Under the pieces are notes generated by a model that worked only from the letters and a program-made list of their open reading frames with translations, ran no database searches and was not told the origin of the DNA. The translations under genes and the position numbers were made by a program. Source: a virus (Duplodnaviria; Caudoviricetes). Taken from it: DNA of 40,920 bases. Below, one piece after another: positions 7,970-16,984 of the stretch; positions within the stretch are counted from its first letter, which is position 1, and each line of letters opens with the position of its first letter. The stretch spans positions 1 through 40,920 of the IMG/VR virus record IMGVR_UViG_3300049208_000013. One strand, 5' to 3'.

Positions 7970-8404
7970 ATGTCTGAATTAAAAGCGAGTGAATTAAGAT
8001 CAGGTAATTTTTTTATAAATGAGTTAGGGCATTTAGACACAATATCCGCTTACTATATTCATGAATTAGAAATGTTTAATAACAATCCTAAATACAGGTC
8101 GATATCTAAGCATTTCAAGCCAGTTATTTTTAATGAAGAACTGTTTTTAGATTTAGGATTTAAAAAATTAAATCACTTAGGAATGTTTGTTTATGTATTA
8201 TATATAGATGAATGGTTAAATTTTGAAGTTGACTTAAAACACAGTACATTTCATTTAGTTTCTGGGCAAGAAAATAATGATTTGAATATTGATATTGAAA
8301 TTTATACGGTTTATAGACTTATAGAGATAGAATTTATACACCAACTACAAAACCTATATTTCGCTATTACAGGCAAAGAACTAACCCATCAAAAAATTAA
8401 TTAA
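7970..8404 (+). CDS. Conserved hypothetical Bacteroidota phage protein
   Basis: KASELRSGN...IHQLQNLYFAITGKEL pattern. Confidence 0.75.
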   Translation: MSELKASELRSGNFFINELGHLDTISAYYIHELEMFNNNPKYRSISKHFKPVIFNEELFLDLGFKKLNHLGMFVYVLYIDEWLNFEVDLKHSTFHLVSGQENNDLNIDIEIYTVYRLIEIEFIHQLQNLYFAITGKELTHQKIN

Positions 8405-8417
8405 AACCTAAACGGAA

Positions 8418-8852
8418 ATGAGAGAAATAAAATTTAGAGGCTATTCAAAAGAACTAAATAAATGGTTTTTTGGAGCTTTAGATAATTCGCTTAATTGGGC
8501 TTATTTTATAATTGTTCATGAAAACGGATTCGGAATTAAAAATAGAGTTGATTCTGAAACTATAGGTCAGTTTACAGGACTATATGACGTTAAAAATAAG
8601 CCTATTTATGAAGGAGATATTTTAGAAGTCTTATATTATAATCACACTGGAAAAAATTGTACATTAATACAAGAGGTTTATTACTTAGAAGAATCTGGTT
8701 GTTTTTGTGTTAGAACACTTGGGAAAGAAGTTTCTCCAATTGAAAGCGATAGAAATAATGTTCCTTTAAGTTGGACAAGTCAACCGAATACTATTAAATG
8801 CTTAGGCAACATTCACGAAAACCCTGAGCTCCTAACCCAACACAAAAACTAA
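8418..8852 (+). CDS. YopX family protein
   Basis: MREIKFRG, GQFTGLYD, IYEGDI, GNIHENPELL. Confidence 0.93.
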   Translation: MREIKFRGYSKELNKWFFGALDNSLNWAYFIIVHENGFGIKNRVDSETIGQFTGLYDVKNKPIYEGDILEVLYYNHTGKNCTLIQEVYYLEESGCFCVRTLGKEVSPIESDRNNVPLSWTSQPNTIKCLGNIHENPELLTQHKN

Positions 8853-8866
8853 CTTAAATTAAAATT

Positions 8867-9127
8867 ATGAAAACAGCGATACATCAACTAATAGAAGAAC
8901 TAAAACAGGCTTCAGAAATTGGATCTAATCCGTTTATTATAACAACTATAAATCTTGTTATTGATATGGCAGAATCTAAATTAAAAACTGAAGAACAGCA
9001 AATAGTAAATTGCGTTACTTATGGTCAAAATAATCATACCGTATCTGTTTTACATGACTATGAAACAGCGTATAAATTTTACAGATCATTTGAAACCTAC
9101 ACACCAAACAAAGAAAATTTAAAATAA
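8867..9127 (+). CDS. Hypothetical phage protein
   Basis: MKTAIHQLIE...EEQQIV pattern. Confidence 0.7.
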   Translation: MKTAIHQLIEELKQASEIGSNPFIITTINLVIDMAESKLKTEEQQIVNCVTYGQNNHTVSVLHDYETAYKFYRSFETYTPNKENLK

Positions 9128-9133
9128 ATTGGG

Positions 9134-9352
9134 ATGAAAGAGAAATTAAAAATAGGAGATTTGTATTATTTTGATTCTAGATTTACATCTTATGGAGAGT
9201 TAATAAAAATAGATCACAAAGGACACGCATTTTTTAAGTCAAAATTTAATGATAACGAAAATTATCATGAAGAAAACGGGTTAATAGAATTTGCAACTCA
9301 GGGCGGTTTCTATCCGTACCAACCCACTAACGCCAATAGGCATAAAATTTAG
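9134..9352 (+). CDS. Hypothetical protein
   Basis: ORF in operon. Confidence 0.65.
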   Translation: MKEKLKIGDLYYFDSRFTSYGELIKIDHKGHAFFKSKFNDNENYHEENGLIEFATQGGFYPYQPTNANRHKI

Positions 9353-9356
9353 AATT

Positions 9357-9548
9357 ATGAAATACGCAATAGAATTGTTATCGAACCAAATTAATGAACT
9401 AAACAAGCCTAATCCGGAAGATTCAGAAATTGAAGAGGACTTAATAGATGTGGTCATAAACAGTAGACGTATATCTGATTTAAAACTAGCTTTGCACGTC
9501 ATAAATACTTCAATAGAAATGAGTAAAGTTATTAGATTTCATTCGTAA
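9357..9548 (+). CDS. Hypothetical protein (start moved to ATG 9357)
   Basis: MKYAIELL...RISDLKLAL; AGAATTATG start context. Confidence 0.65.
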   Translation: MKYAIELLSNQINELNKPNPEDSEIEEDLIDVVINSRRISDLKLALHVINTSIEMSKVIRFHS

Positions 9549-9588
9549 AATACCCCGCTAAAAATTAGCTTTTTTAAATAAAAAGAAG

Positions 9589-9710
9589 TATATTTGTATC
9601 TGTAATGACGTGGAAAGCATTATAAGATTTTTAACATACAGGGTTTTAATTATAAATCCAATCGATGAAGCACTTTCCACAATACTGCTGATTTGATTGG
9701 ATTTTTTTAT
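9589..9710 (+). promoter_or_regulatory. Promoter plus structured leader/attenuator upstream of the replication operon
   Basis: TATATTTG 9589-9596; hairpin 9601-9624; terminator-like hairpin 9654-9704 with T run; complementary loops GTGGAAAG and CTTTCCAC. Confidence 0.7.
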
Positions 9711-9721
9711 ACCTTATATTT

Positions 9722-10192
9722 ATGCTTGTAACAATTAACACAGATGCTTGTTTTCACACTAAATTAAAATACGGAGGTTATGCTTTTTGGGCAGTATCTG
9801 ACGATTTTAAAATTACTAAATCAGGTGTGTTCCGTAAAAAATGCCAAAATTCAGATGATGCAGAATCAAAATGCATTATTAACGCATTAACGGTTATTTT
9901 AAAAGCTCACAAAGGGATAACTAAGATAATTGTAAATACTGATTCATTAAACGCAATTGCTTACTTAACAAAAGACAAAAAACATATTTCAAGATATGGA
10001 TTGTCAGGGTCTAAAATGCGCCAATTTCAACAATGCTTGACTATGTTGCCAATCGGAAAAATTAAAATAGAATACCGACATGTTAAGGCTCATTCAAACG
10101 TAGATGATTCCAGGAGTTTTGTAAACGAATGGTGTGATACCAACGCTAAAAAAATGATGTGGGCAAAGATTAATAACTCTAAAACAGTTTAA
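9722..10192 (+). CDS. RNase HI-like protein
   Basis: TINTDAC, AE..CI..AL, IVNTDS, RHVKAH and NEWCD give the D-E-D-D RNase H catalytic set. Confidence 0.88.
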   Translation: MLVTINTDACFHTKLKYGGYAFWAVSDDFKITKSGVFRKKCQNSDDAESKCIINALTVILKAHKGITKIIVNTDSLNAIAYLTKDKKHISRYGLSGSKMRQFQQCLTMLPIGKIKIEYRHVKAHSNVDDSRSFVNEWCDTNAKKMMWAKINNSKTV

Positions 10193-10194
10193 TC

Positions 10195-10914
10195 ATGGCT
10201 AAAGACTTACCATACTTTAAATTCTTTTGCTCTGAGTGGAGCGATGGAGATATAACTTTAGAAAACTTTGAAACTCAGGGATTATTTATAAATATTTGCG
10301 CTTACTATTGGAGCAATGAATGTGTTATTTCTTTAGAAAAAACTAAGAAAAAATTTAAGCTTTGCAATCAAGAATGTTTTGATGATTTAATAGATTCTGG
10401 AATAATAAAAATTATTGGAGGAAATATTGCAATTAATTTTTTAAACGAACAACAAGGAGAAAGAAGTGTTAAGTCATTGGTTAACAGCGAAAACGGCAAA
10501 AAAGGAGGCAGACCAAAAAAGCAAACTGAAAGCGAAGAAAAACCGAACGCTTTAGATTCGTTAAGCGAAACAGAAGCGAAACAAAAGGCATTAAGAGAAG
10601 AGAAGAAAAAAGAAGATAAAGTAATTAATACCAACCTAACGGTTGATTGGGAGAAATTGAAACTAAACTTTAATGAACTAACGGGTAAAAAAACAAAAGT
10701 AGTTTCCAATAAAGTAAAAGGTCAAATTAACGCCAGATTAAAAGAAGGATATACTAAGCAGGATTTATGGAACGCAATTGTTAATTGCTTTAATGATCCA
10801 TACCACAAAGAAAATCCTAAATATCTAACGCTTGAATTTATAAGCAGATCGGATAAAATGGAAAAGTACTCAGCAGATATTAAAAAGCCAAAAATTAAAG
10901 AAGATAGATTATGA
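10195..10914 (+). CDS. Phage replication initiator protein
   Basis: N-terminal PYFKFFCSEW...GLFINICAYYW (YdaU/DUF1376-like); ENGKKGGRPKK linker; helical C-terminal domain; internal repeats. Confidence 0.75.
   Translation: MAKDLPYFKFFCSEWSDGDITLENFETQGLFINICAYYWSNECVISLEKTKKKFKLCNQECFDDLIDSGIIKIIGGNIAINFLNEQQGERSVKSLVNSENGKKGGRPKKQTESEEKPNALDSLSETEAKQKALREEKKKEDKVINTNLTVDWEKLKLNFNELTGKKTKVVSNKVKGQINARLKEGYTKQDLWNAIVNCFNDPYHKENPKYLTLEFISRSDKMEKYSADIKKPKIKEDRL
10486..10583 (+). repeat. Iteron-like AAGCGAA(AC) repeats, candidate origin
   Basis: AAGCGAAACA at 10563-10572 and 10574-10583; related copies at 10486, 10519 and 10530. Confidence 0.5.
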
Positions 10915-11396
10915 GTTGGAAATCTGATAAATCAATAGAGCGAGTAGTTAAACTTTATAAGCGAGTTCCAAAGCAAGTTTTTCCTGAGGACATAGAAGCT
11001 ATTAAAAACATAAACGAAACGATTTTACAAAGCGAAAAAGTTTTAGTCAACGATCATTTACTTTTTGCAAAATTAGTGTGTTACGTTTTAAATTTAAACC
11101 TTCATCAGTCAGGAAGTATGAAAGGAGCAATAGCAAGTTTAAATACTGAATTAGAAAGACCGTTAGACCATCATTTAACTTTCCTAACATCAAACCTAAA
11201 TCAACAGGAATTAAATAACTATCTGAAAGATTTAGGATTTAATTTTGATTCATTGGAAAGTGAACCCGAAAAAATCAAAGCCAACGAAAAAGGAATAATC
11301 GAAAAAATAAAAGGTAATTGGACAAAAGAAAAAGTTACTAAATCATTTTGCAATACGGTAAACGAATTTATAAAAAACATTAATAATTATATTTAA
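10911..11396 (+). CDS. Hypothetical protein (replication region)
   Basis: ATGA overlap with the initiator gene. Confidence 0.75.
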   Translation: MSWKSDKSIERVVKLYKRVPKQVFPEDIEAIKNINETILQSEKVLVNDHLLFAKLVCYVLNLNLHQSGSMKGAIASLNTELERPLDHHLTFLTSNLNQQELNNYLKDLGFNFDSLESEPEKIKANEKGIIEKIKGNWTKEKVTKSFCNTVNEFIKNINNYI

Positions 11397-11412
11397 CCTA
11401 AAAACTAAAATT

Positions 11413-11697
11413 ATGAGAATTAAAAAAATAAAAACAGAAAGAGGCTTCCCGGGATTTGAATTTAAAGATAGATACGATGCTAAATGCTCTATTCAAAAAT
11501 CAAGTCTAGCATTTGAAGATTGTATTTGGTTCGGTGTTGATGATGCAGACCCTAGAATATTAACACCTGGTTTAGGTTGGCAACCGGTTGAAATTTCTAG
11601 AGAGATAAGTTTAACTACTCGAATGCATTTAACACAAACGCAAGTAAAAAAACTTTTGCCTATTTTACAAAAATTTGTCGAAACCGGAGAAATATAA
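11413..11697 (+). CDS. Conserved hypothetical phage protein
   Basis: TERGF...FKDRY...CSIQKSSLA...IWFG...RMHLT...LQKFVETGE pattern. Confidence 0.75.
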   Translation: MRIKKIKTERGFPGFEFKDRYDAKCSIQKSSLAFEDCIWFGVDDADPRILTPGLGWQPVEISREISLTTRMHLTQTQVKKLLPILQKFVETGEI

Positions 11698-11702
11698 AAA
11701 AC

Positions 11703-12581
11703 ATGGCAGATTTATCAGGATTAGAAGGGTTACTTATTACTCCGGAGGCTAAAATAGATTTTTCACAGATAGCGAAAGATTCTTATATTGATCCTGCTGA
11801 AGAAATAAAACCGCAGCCGGTTGCGATAAGCGTAGGTACAAGTCTATACAAAGGAACGTCGTTTGCAATTCCTTTTGGTTCTTATGGGGATTTCTCGTGT
11901 ATAGTTGGAGCTTCTAAAAGCAGAAAGACATTTTTTAAGTCGATGATTGTTGCAGGATATATCGGAGGACAATCAAATATTTTAAATCCTTCAATTAAAG
12001 GACATCAAACGAACGAAAAATTTATTATTGAATTTGATACGGAACAATCAAAATTTCACACTCAGAGAGTTGTTAGACGTGTTTGTGACATGGTTGGTGG
12101 TAATTACGATATTTACAAAACATTTTCATTACGGCAGTATTCGCCAAAAGAACGTTTTGAGTTCATCGACTGGATTATTTACGAAAGCGAATATAAGGCT
12201 CAGATTGGATTAATTTCAATAGATGGATATGTAGACCTTGTAACTGATTTTAATAGCTTAGAACAAGCGACAGGGCTTACTGAGAAGCTTTTAGAGTGGA
12301 CTTCAAAAGAACAGATGCATATTACAGGAATTTTGCATAAGAATTTCGGAACATCTAAACCAGTTGGACATGTTGGATCTTCTGTTTTAAAGAAAGCCGA
12401 AACAGTGGCTTTTATTGATAACGACAAAGAAACAGGATTTACAAATGTGACTTGCGAATATAGCCGTAACATTCCGTTTGAAGATTTACTTTTCGGTGTT
12501 AATGATGATTGGTTGCCTTATGAGATTCAAGAAAATGAAATAGATAATTTGCCTAAAAATAAATCTTCGCCTGATTTTTAG
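11703..12581 (+). CDS. RecA-fold ATPase / RepA-like (AAA_25) helicase
   Basis: Walker A variant GASKSRKT, FDTEQ, Walker B ISIDG, ILHKN, GHVGS. Confidence 0.82.
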   Translation: MADLSGLEGLLITPEAKIDFSQIAKDSYIDPAEEIKPQPVAISVGTSLYKGTSFAIPFGSYGDFSCIVGASKSRKTFFKSMIVAGYIGGQSNILNPSIKGHQTNEKFIIEFDTEQSKFHTQRVVRRVCDMVGGNYDIYKTFSLRQYSPKERFEFIDWIIYESEYKAQIGLISIDGYVDLVTDFNSLEQATGLTEKLLEWTSKEQMHITGILHKNFGTSKPVGHVGSSVLKKAETVAFIDNDKETGFTNVTCEYSRNIPFEDLLFGVNDDWLPYEIQENEIDNLPKNKSSPDF

Positions 12582-12670
12582 AATTGAAATCGAATACGAA
12601 AAAAGAAAAAAGTTATTTACTGTGAATCTTAATTAAAACAAATAAATATTAATCAATTAAATTTAAAATT

Positions 12671-13204
12671 ATGAGTACATTAGAAGGAATTAAAACAAAA
12701 ATTGAAGCTATTAAAAAGCAAAAAGAAGAACTTACTGCACAATTAAGAAATGATTTTGCACCAATATTACAGCCGTTATTCGAAAAATCAGAAGGTAAAA
12801 TAGAATCTATTGGATGGATTCAGTACACACCTTATTTTAATGATGGCGAAGAATGTGAGTTTAGCACAAACTTTGATTTAGATTATGGTTTAAGAGTGAA
12901 CGGTAAACGTTTGGATGATGAAGATGATGAAGACGAAAAAGAAAGTGTTTTCGGATGTTCTTTATACGCATTAAGAAAATACGGAACTGATGATTATGCG
13001 GAATGGATTAAAAAATATCCAGAAGACACGATTAAAGAAGAATCAAAAGAATATGATTTAGCTTTGTATGCTTGCTTAAAGGAGTTTGAAGAAATTTTAG
13101 AATCAATTGATGACGAATTTTACAAAGACTTATTTGGTGATCACGTTGAAGTAACTGTGCATTCTAACGGAGTAATTGAAACTGAAGAATACGATCACGA
13201 TTAA
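12671..13204 (+). CDS. Acidic hypothetical protein with W-x-QYTPYFNDG motif
   Basis: GWIQYTPYFNDGEECEF and FGDHVEVT...EEYDHD. Confidence 0.75.
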   Translation: MSTLEGIKTKIEAIKKQKEELTAQLRNDFAPILQPLFEKSEGKIESIGWIQYTPYFNDGEECEFSTNFDLDYGLRVNGKRLDDEDDEDEKESVFGCSLYALRKYGTDDYAEWIKKYPEDTIKEESKEYDLALYACLKEFEEILESIDDEFYKDLFGDHVEVTVHSNGVIETEEYDHD

Positions 13205-13206
13205 TT

Positions 13207-13602
13207 ATGTCAGCACCACATATTCACGCAATGTCCTCGGCTAAAAAGTTCGGGGGCATTTTGGAAGATTATTTAGATATTCACGCAAAAATGGATTGTT
13301 CTAAAGCTTATTTTCCTGATAACAGACACAGAGTTTTAACACATACTATGTTTTGGGTAAAAGAGGTAATGATACCTTTGTACGGAGAAATATTCACAAA
13401 CTCTGATGGTAAAATAGTTAGCACAAAAGATGTTTGCGAACAGCATATTTTAGAAGACTATAGACATAAATTTATTCCAACGCCTCAGGATTTTATAGAG
13501 AACATGGAATTTAAAATTTGGATGCAAAATGGTAGAGGCGTACCGAGTTCTTGCAAATTACTTTATAAACAAAAAGATTATAAAACTTTAATCGAAAATT
13601 AA
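13207..13602 (+). CDS. His-rich DUF6915-like protein
   Basis: HAMSSAKKFGG..EDY..IH..MD.SK....D.RHR..TH and EQHILED pattern, recalled as DUF6915. Confidence 0.7.
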   Translation: MSAPHIHAMSSAKKFGGILEDYLDIHAKMDCSKAYFPDNRHRVLTHTMFWVKEVMIPLYGEIFTNSDGKIVSTKDVCEQHILEDYRHKFIPTPQDFIENMEFKIWMQNGRGVPSSCKLLYKQKDYKTLIEN

Positions 13603-13604
13603 TT

Positions 13605-13730
13605 ATGAGTAAAAGTAAAGAAAGCGCATTGAAACGCATTAATCGAGTAATTGCTTTTTATTCGAGCAGAGGACAAAACAGAGAACGTGTGAATAACGTT
13701 TATCGCAACGTAATAACTCAGCGTTTATGA
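13605..13730 (+). CDS. Small basic hypothetical protein, 41 aa (not in ORF track)
   Basis: Fills the gap; ATGA overlap with rusA. Confidence 0.55.
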   Translation: MSKSKESALKRINRVIAFYSSRGQNRERVNNVYRNVITQRL

Positions 13731-14053
13731 ATCACACGATAAACATTAAGCCGTTATCAGTTAATGAAGCTTTTAACGGCATGAGAACACGTAGCAAAAA
13801 ATACGATGTGTTTATAAAATCAATGATGTTTCTATTGCCGAAACAAATCGAATATCCTGATCCGTTAAATATTAAATTAGCTATTGAATTCGGATTTAGT
13901 TCTAAAGGTTCTGATATTGATAATTGTTGCAAATCATTTATTGATTGCCTGGTAAAAAAATATAAAATTGATGACCGGCATGTTTACGAACTGCACGTGT
14001 TTAAATCAATAGTTAAAAAAGGATCTGAGTATATTAAATTCAAAATATATTAA
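13727..14053 (+). CDS. rusA: RusA family Holliday junction resolvase
   Basis: PLSVN, DIDNCCK..ID and IDDRHV motifs. Confidence 0.88.
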   Translation: MNHTINIKPLSVNEAFNGMRTRSKKYDVFIKSMMFLLPKQIEYPDPLNIKLAIEFGFSSKGSDIDNCCKSFIDCLVKKYKIDDRHVYELHVFKSIVKKGSEYIKFKIY

Positions 14054-14106
14054 CCCCTACCCAAAAATTGAGCCTTATTTGAAAACTAAAAATAAATAGA
14101 GAAATT

Positions 14107-14427
14107 ATGAGAATAGAGAAAGAAAAAACAAAAGAACTTAGCACAATACTAACTGGTAAATTAAAAACTGACTTTGAGGTTTGGTATTGTAAAAATGTAC
14201 ACTATACGCCGTTACAAGATTTGAATTCAACTTTATGGATGCAATCAAAAAATATTTTACACACACATATTGTTGATTTCTTAGACTCAAAACTAGAACA
14301 TATAGACACAATGACTACATATATCGCTTCTGTATGCATCGTTAATGGTCGAGAATTAGGAGTATATAGAACCAGATTTAAAGCAATTGAGCAGGGAATA
14401 ATTTATATAAACAGTATTATCGAATAA
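14107..14427 (+). CDS. Hypothetical protein
   Basis: ORF with A-rich start region. Confidence 0.65.
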   Translation: MRIEKEKTKELSTILTGKLKTDFEVWYCKNVHYTPLQDLNSTLWMQSKNILHTHIVDFLDSKLEHIDTMTTYIASVCIVNGRELGVYRTRFKAIEQGIIYINSIIE

Positions 14428-14481
14428 ACACTATTACACGACTAACCACCCCAATTTTAAATAACATTAAAAAATTGAAAT

Positions 14482-14655
14482 ATGAAAGAATGTAATGTAA
14501 CACGTGTAATAGGTAATCCTATTTGTGAAAATGGAATGTGGGGTATTAAATGCGAATATAACTGCAACGGAATAATCGATACTACGACTATATTTTTAGA
14601 TAGTAAAGCCGAAGTATTAAAAATAAAAGTTGGTTATAAGTGGGAAAGACCCTAA
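14482..14655 (+). CDS. Hypothetical protein, 57 aa (not in ORF track)
   Basis: MKECNVTRVIGNP...KIKVGYKWERP. Confidence 0.6.
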   Translation: MKECNVTRVIGNPICENGMWGIKCEYNCNGIIDTTTIFLDSKAEVLKIKVGYKWERP

Positions 14656-14686
14656 AACAGCTATTAACTATTAACGGAATTGGAAG

Positions 14687-14956
14687 ATGACACCAAAAGA
14701 AAAAGCAAAAGAATTATTTGATAAGTATTATTCAAATATACCTGAAGAAGGTTTAAAAGGAGTTTATAGTGTATTCTGTAATCATGCTAAAAAATTCGCA
14801 TTAATTTTAGTTGATGAAATATTAGATTTAGGATGTGTAGCAAACGAACCTTCATCATTTAGGGTTTATGATTTTTATTCTAAAGTTAAAATAGAATTAA
14901 TAAAAAAAGACTTTAATACAATTTCATACGACTTACCAAAAACCATTAAACCATGA
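14687..14956 (+). CDS. Conserved hypothetical phage protein (MTPKEKA type)
   Basis: MTPKEKAKEL...ALILVDEIL...VKIEL. Confidence 0.75.
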   Translation: MTPKEKAKELFDKYYSNIPEEGLKGVYSVFCNHAKKFALILVDEILDLGCVANEPSSFRVYDFYSKVKIELIKKDFNTISYDLPKTIKP

Positions 14957-15948
14957 GTAAACAAGAACATAAATTTCCATATAATTGGACATTAAAAGAT
15001 GCAGTATTTACAAAAGATAAAGGAAAAGTATTTAGTTGCTTTGCGTGTGGCGGTGGCTCAACTATGGGGTACAAACTTGCAGGTTTCGATGTTTTAGGAT
15101 GCAATGAAATAGACCCTAAAATGATTGAAGCGTATAAAACTAATCATAATCCAAAGTATGCGTATTTAGAACCAATACAGACTTTTAAATTACGTAAAGA
15201 TTTACCACAAGAATTATACGAATTGGATATTTTGGATGGCAGTCCTCCATGTAGCAGTTTTTCAATGGCAGGAAATCGTGAAAAAGATTGGGGAAAAGAT
15301 AAAGTATTCCGTGAGGGTCAAGCAATGCAGGTTTTAGACACTTTGTTTTTTGATTTCATTGATTTAGCAAAAGAATTACAACCTAAGATAGTTGTTGCTG
15401 AAAATGTAGAGGGATTGCTTTTAGGTAATGCCAGGAGTTATGTAATTGAAATTTACAAAGAATTTGAAAAAGCAGGTTTTTATATTCAGCATTTTTTATT
15501 AGATGCTTCAAAAATGGGCGTGCCCCAAAGAAGAAAAAGAGTTTTCTTTATTGCATTAAGAAAAGATTTAGCAAGTAAATTTATGATCCAAAAAGATATG
15601 TTTACTATGATTCCTAATATTGAAATGATATTTAAAGAAAAAGAAATACCCGTTAAAGTATTTGCTGAATTTCAGGATAAAAAAGAAAAACAAAACTATT
15701 CAGAAAAAAGATTTGGAGATGTTATTTTAGATTTAAACAGAGCCGCGAACACAATAACAAGTGGGGTTAGATTTTGGTTAAATGAAAAACAAATATTAAA
15801 ACCTATTTGTTATAATTTAATAGGTTCATATCCTACAGATTATGAATTCGTAACAGATAACGTTTACATGATAGGCATGTCAGTTCCTCCCGTTATGACT
15901 GCTCATGTTGCATCAAATATTTACAATCAATGGTTGAGTAAGTTATGA
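14953..15948 (+). CDS. DNA (cytosine-5) methyltransferase, orphan
   Basis: Motif I FACGGG, motif IV GSPPC, motif VI ENV, motif VIII QRRKRVF, motif X IGMSVPP. Confidence 0.95.
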   Translation: MSKQEHKFPYNWTLKDAVFTKDKGKVFSCFACGGGSTMGYKLAGFDVLGCNEIDPKMIEAYKTNHNPKYAYLEPIQTFKLRKDLPQELYELDILDGSPPCSSFSMAGNREKDWGKDKVFREGQAMQVLDTLFFDFIDLAKELQPKIVVAENVEGLLLGNARSYVIEIYKEFEKAGFYIQHFLLDASKMGVPQRRKRVFFIALRKDLASKFMIQKDMFTMIPNIEMIFKEKEIPVKVFAEFQDKKEKQNYSEKRFGDVILDLNRAANTITSGVRFWLNEKQILKPICYNLIGSYPTDYEFVTDNVYMIGMSVPPVMTAHVASNIYNQWLSKL

Positions 15949-16150
15949 GAGAGTATTTACTATGGTGGCGTGACAAACCCCAATCCGAGAAAAAACAAAT
16001 AATGCAGGACAACAACATAAAAGCCATTATTTACGAATACATTAAGCGACTTTATTTGGAAGGCAGGAAATAAAATTGAAAATAATTACTATAAAATGTA
16101 AATCGTATTAAAATAAACATTACTTTTACATAGTATTAAAAATAAAACAC

Positions 16151-16372
16151 ATGAAATTAACCATTCAACAACAAATACTAAAAGACTTATTTAAAAAGTC
16201 TGGTCTAAAAACTCAAAAGGAATTTGCCCAACATCATAACCTTTACCCCGAGAAACTATCGGAATGGATGACGGGCAAGGTAGTTCCTAAAAGTGCGACT
16301 GTAGAACTTATAGCAATGGATGAAGGATATGAAATCGAACTACATTATTTATTAAAACCAATAAACCAATAG
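16151..16372 (+). CDS. XRE/Cro-type HTH protein
   Basis: TQKEFAQHHNLYPEKLSEWMTGKVVP; TACTTTTA promoter-like element at 16121-16128. Confidence 0.8.
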   Translation: MKLTIQQQILKDLFKKSGLKTQKEFAQHHNLYPEKLSEWMTGKVVPKSATVELIAMDEGYEIELHYLLKPINQ

Positions 16373-16377
16373 AAAAT

Positions 16378-16827
16378 ATGAAACTACCAATTAGATTAGA
16401 AAATGCAATTACAAAGCTTTATCCGGCTTTTCATAATGGATTGTTAGACGCGTTAGATTGTGGAATGTGTGCTGTAGGTAATATGTGCAACGGTGGTGTT
16501 AATTGGGATAGTAACCCGTTATTTGCAAGGAATAAAATATTCGGTGCGTATTGCAAAGAAATCATTACAGACGAAGAAATAGCAGAAGGAATAAAAGAAA
16601 TTCAATCAACAGGATATTCTGCTGAAGAATTGGCCAATGTTGAATTGATATTTCTTAATGCTTGTGAAAGAAGAAAAGGAACTAAAGAACAACAATTCAA
16701 AGGCTTATGTGCAGTAGTAGAATATCTTTGCGAATTGGATAATATTCCAAATGTAATGGATTATACAAAGCTTTTCGAAACCGAAAACAATCAACCAAAA
16801 TATCAATTAACCAACCAAATAAATTAA
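16378..16827 (+). CDS. Cys-containing hypothetical protein resembling a Flavobacteriaceae chromosomal family
   Basis: RLENAITKLY.AFH, CxxCAVGN, GYS..EL..VE, GLCAVVEYLCELD...NVMDY. Confidence 0.65.
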   Translation: MKLPIRLENAITKLYPAFHNGLLDALDCGMCAVGNMCNGGVNWDSNPLFARNKIFGAYCKEIITDEEIAEGIKEIQSTGYSAEELANVELIFLNACERRKGTKEQQFKGLCAVVEYLCELDNIPNVMDYTKLFETENNQPKYQLTNQIN

Positions 16828-16833
16828 GAAATC

Positions 16834-16962
16834 ATGTTATACACATCAAACAGAAAAGACGTAAAAAGATTAAGCACAGGCAAATCATTATTATATATAG
16901 CAGGAGCAATTGCTCTTGGATTAGTAGTGTGTGAATTGCTAGGAATTTGCTGGAAATGTTAA
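16834..16962 (+). CDS. Small single-TM protein, 42 aa (not in ORF track)
   Basis: LLYIAGAIALGLVVCELLGICW. Confidence 0.55.
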   Translation: MLYTSNRKDVKRLSTGKSLLYIAGAIALGLVVCELLGICWKC

Positions 16963-16984
16963 ATAACCACATAAAAATATAATT

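Noticed and set aside
16378-16827. NqrF auxiliary metabolic gene
   Set aside because: At 149 aa it lacks the ferredoxin, FAD and NAD-binding domains of NqrF.
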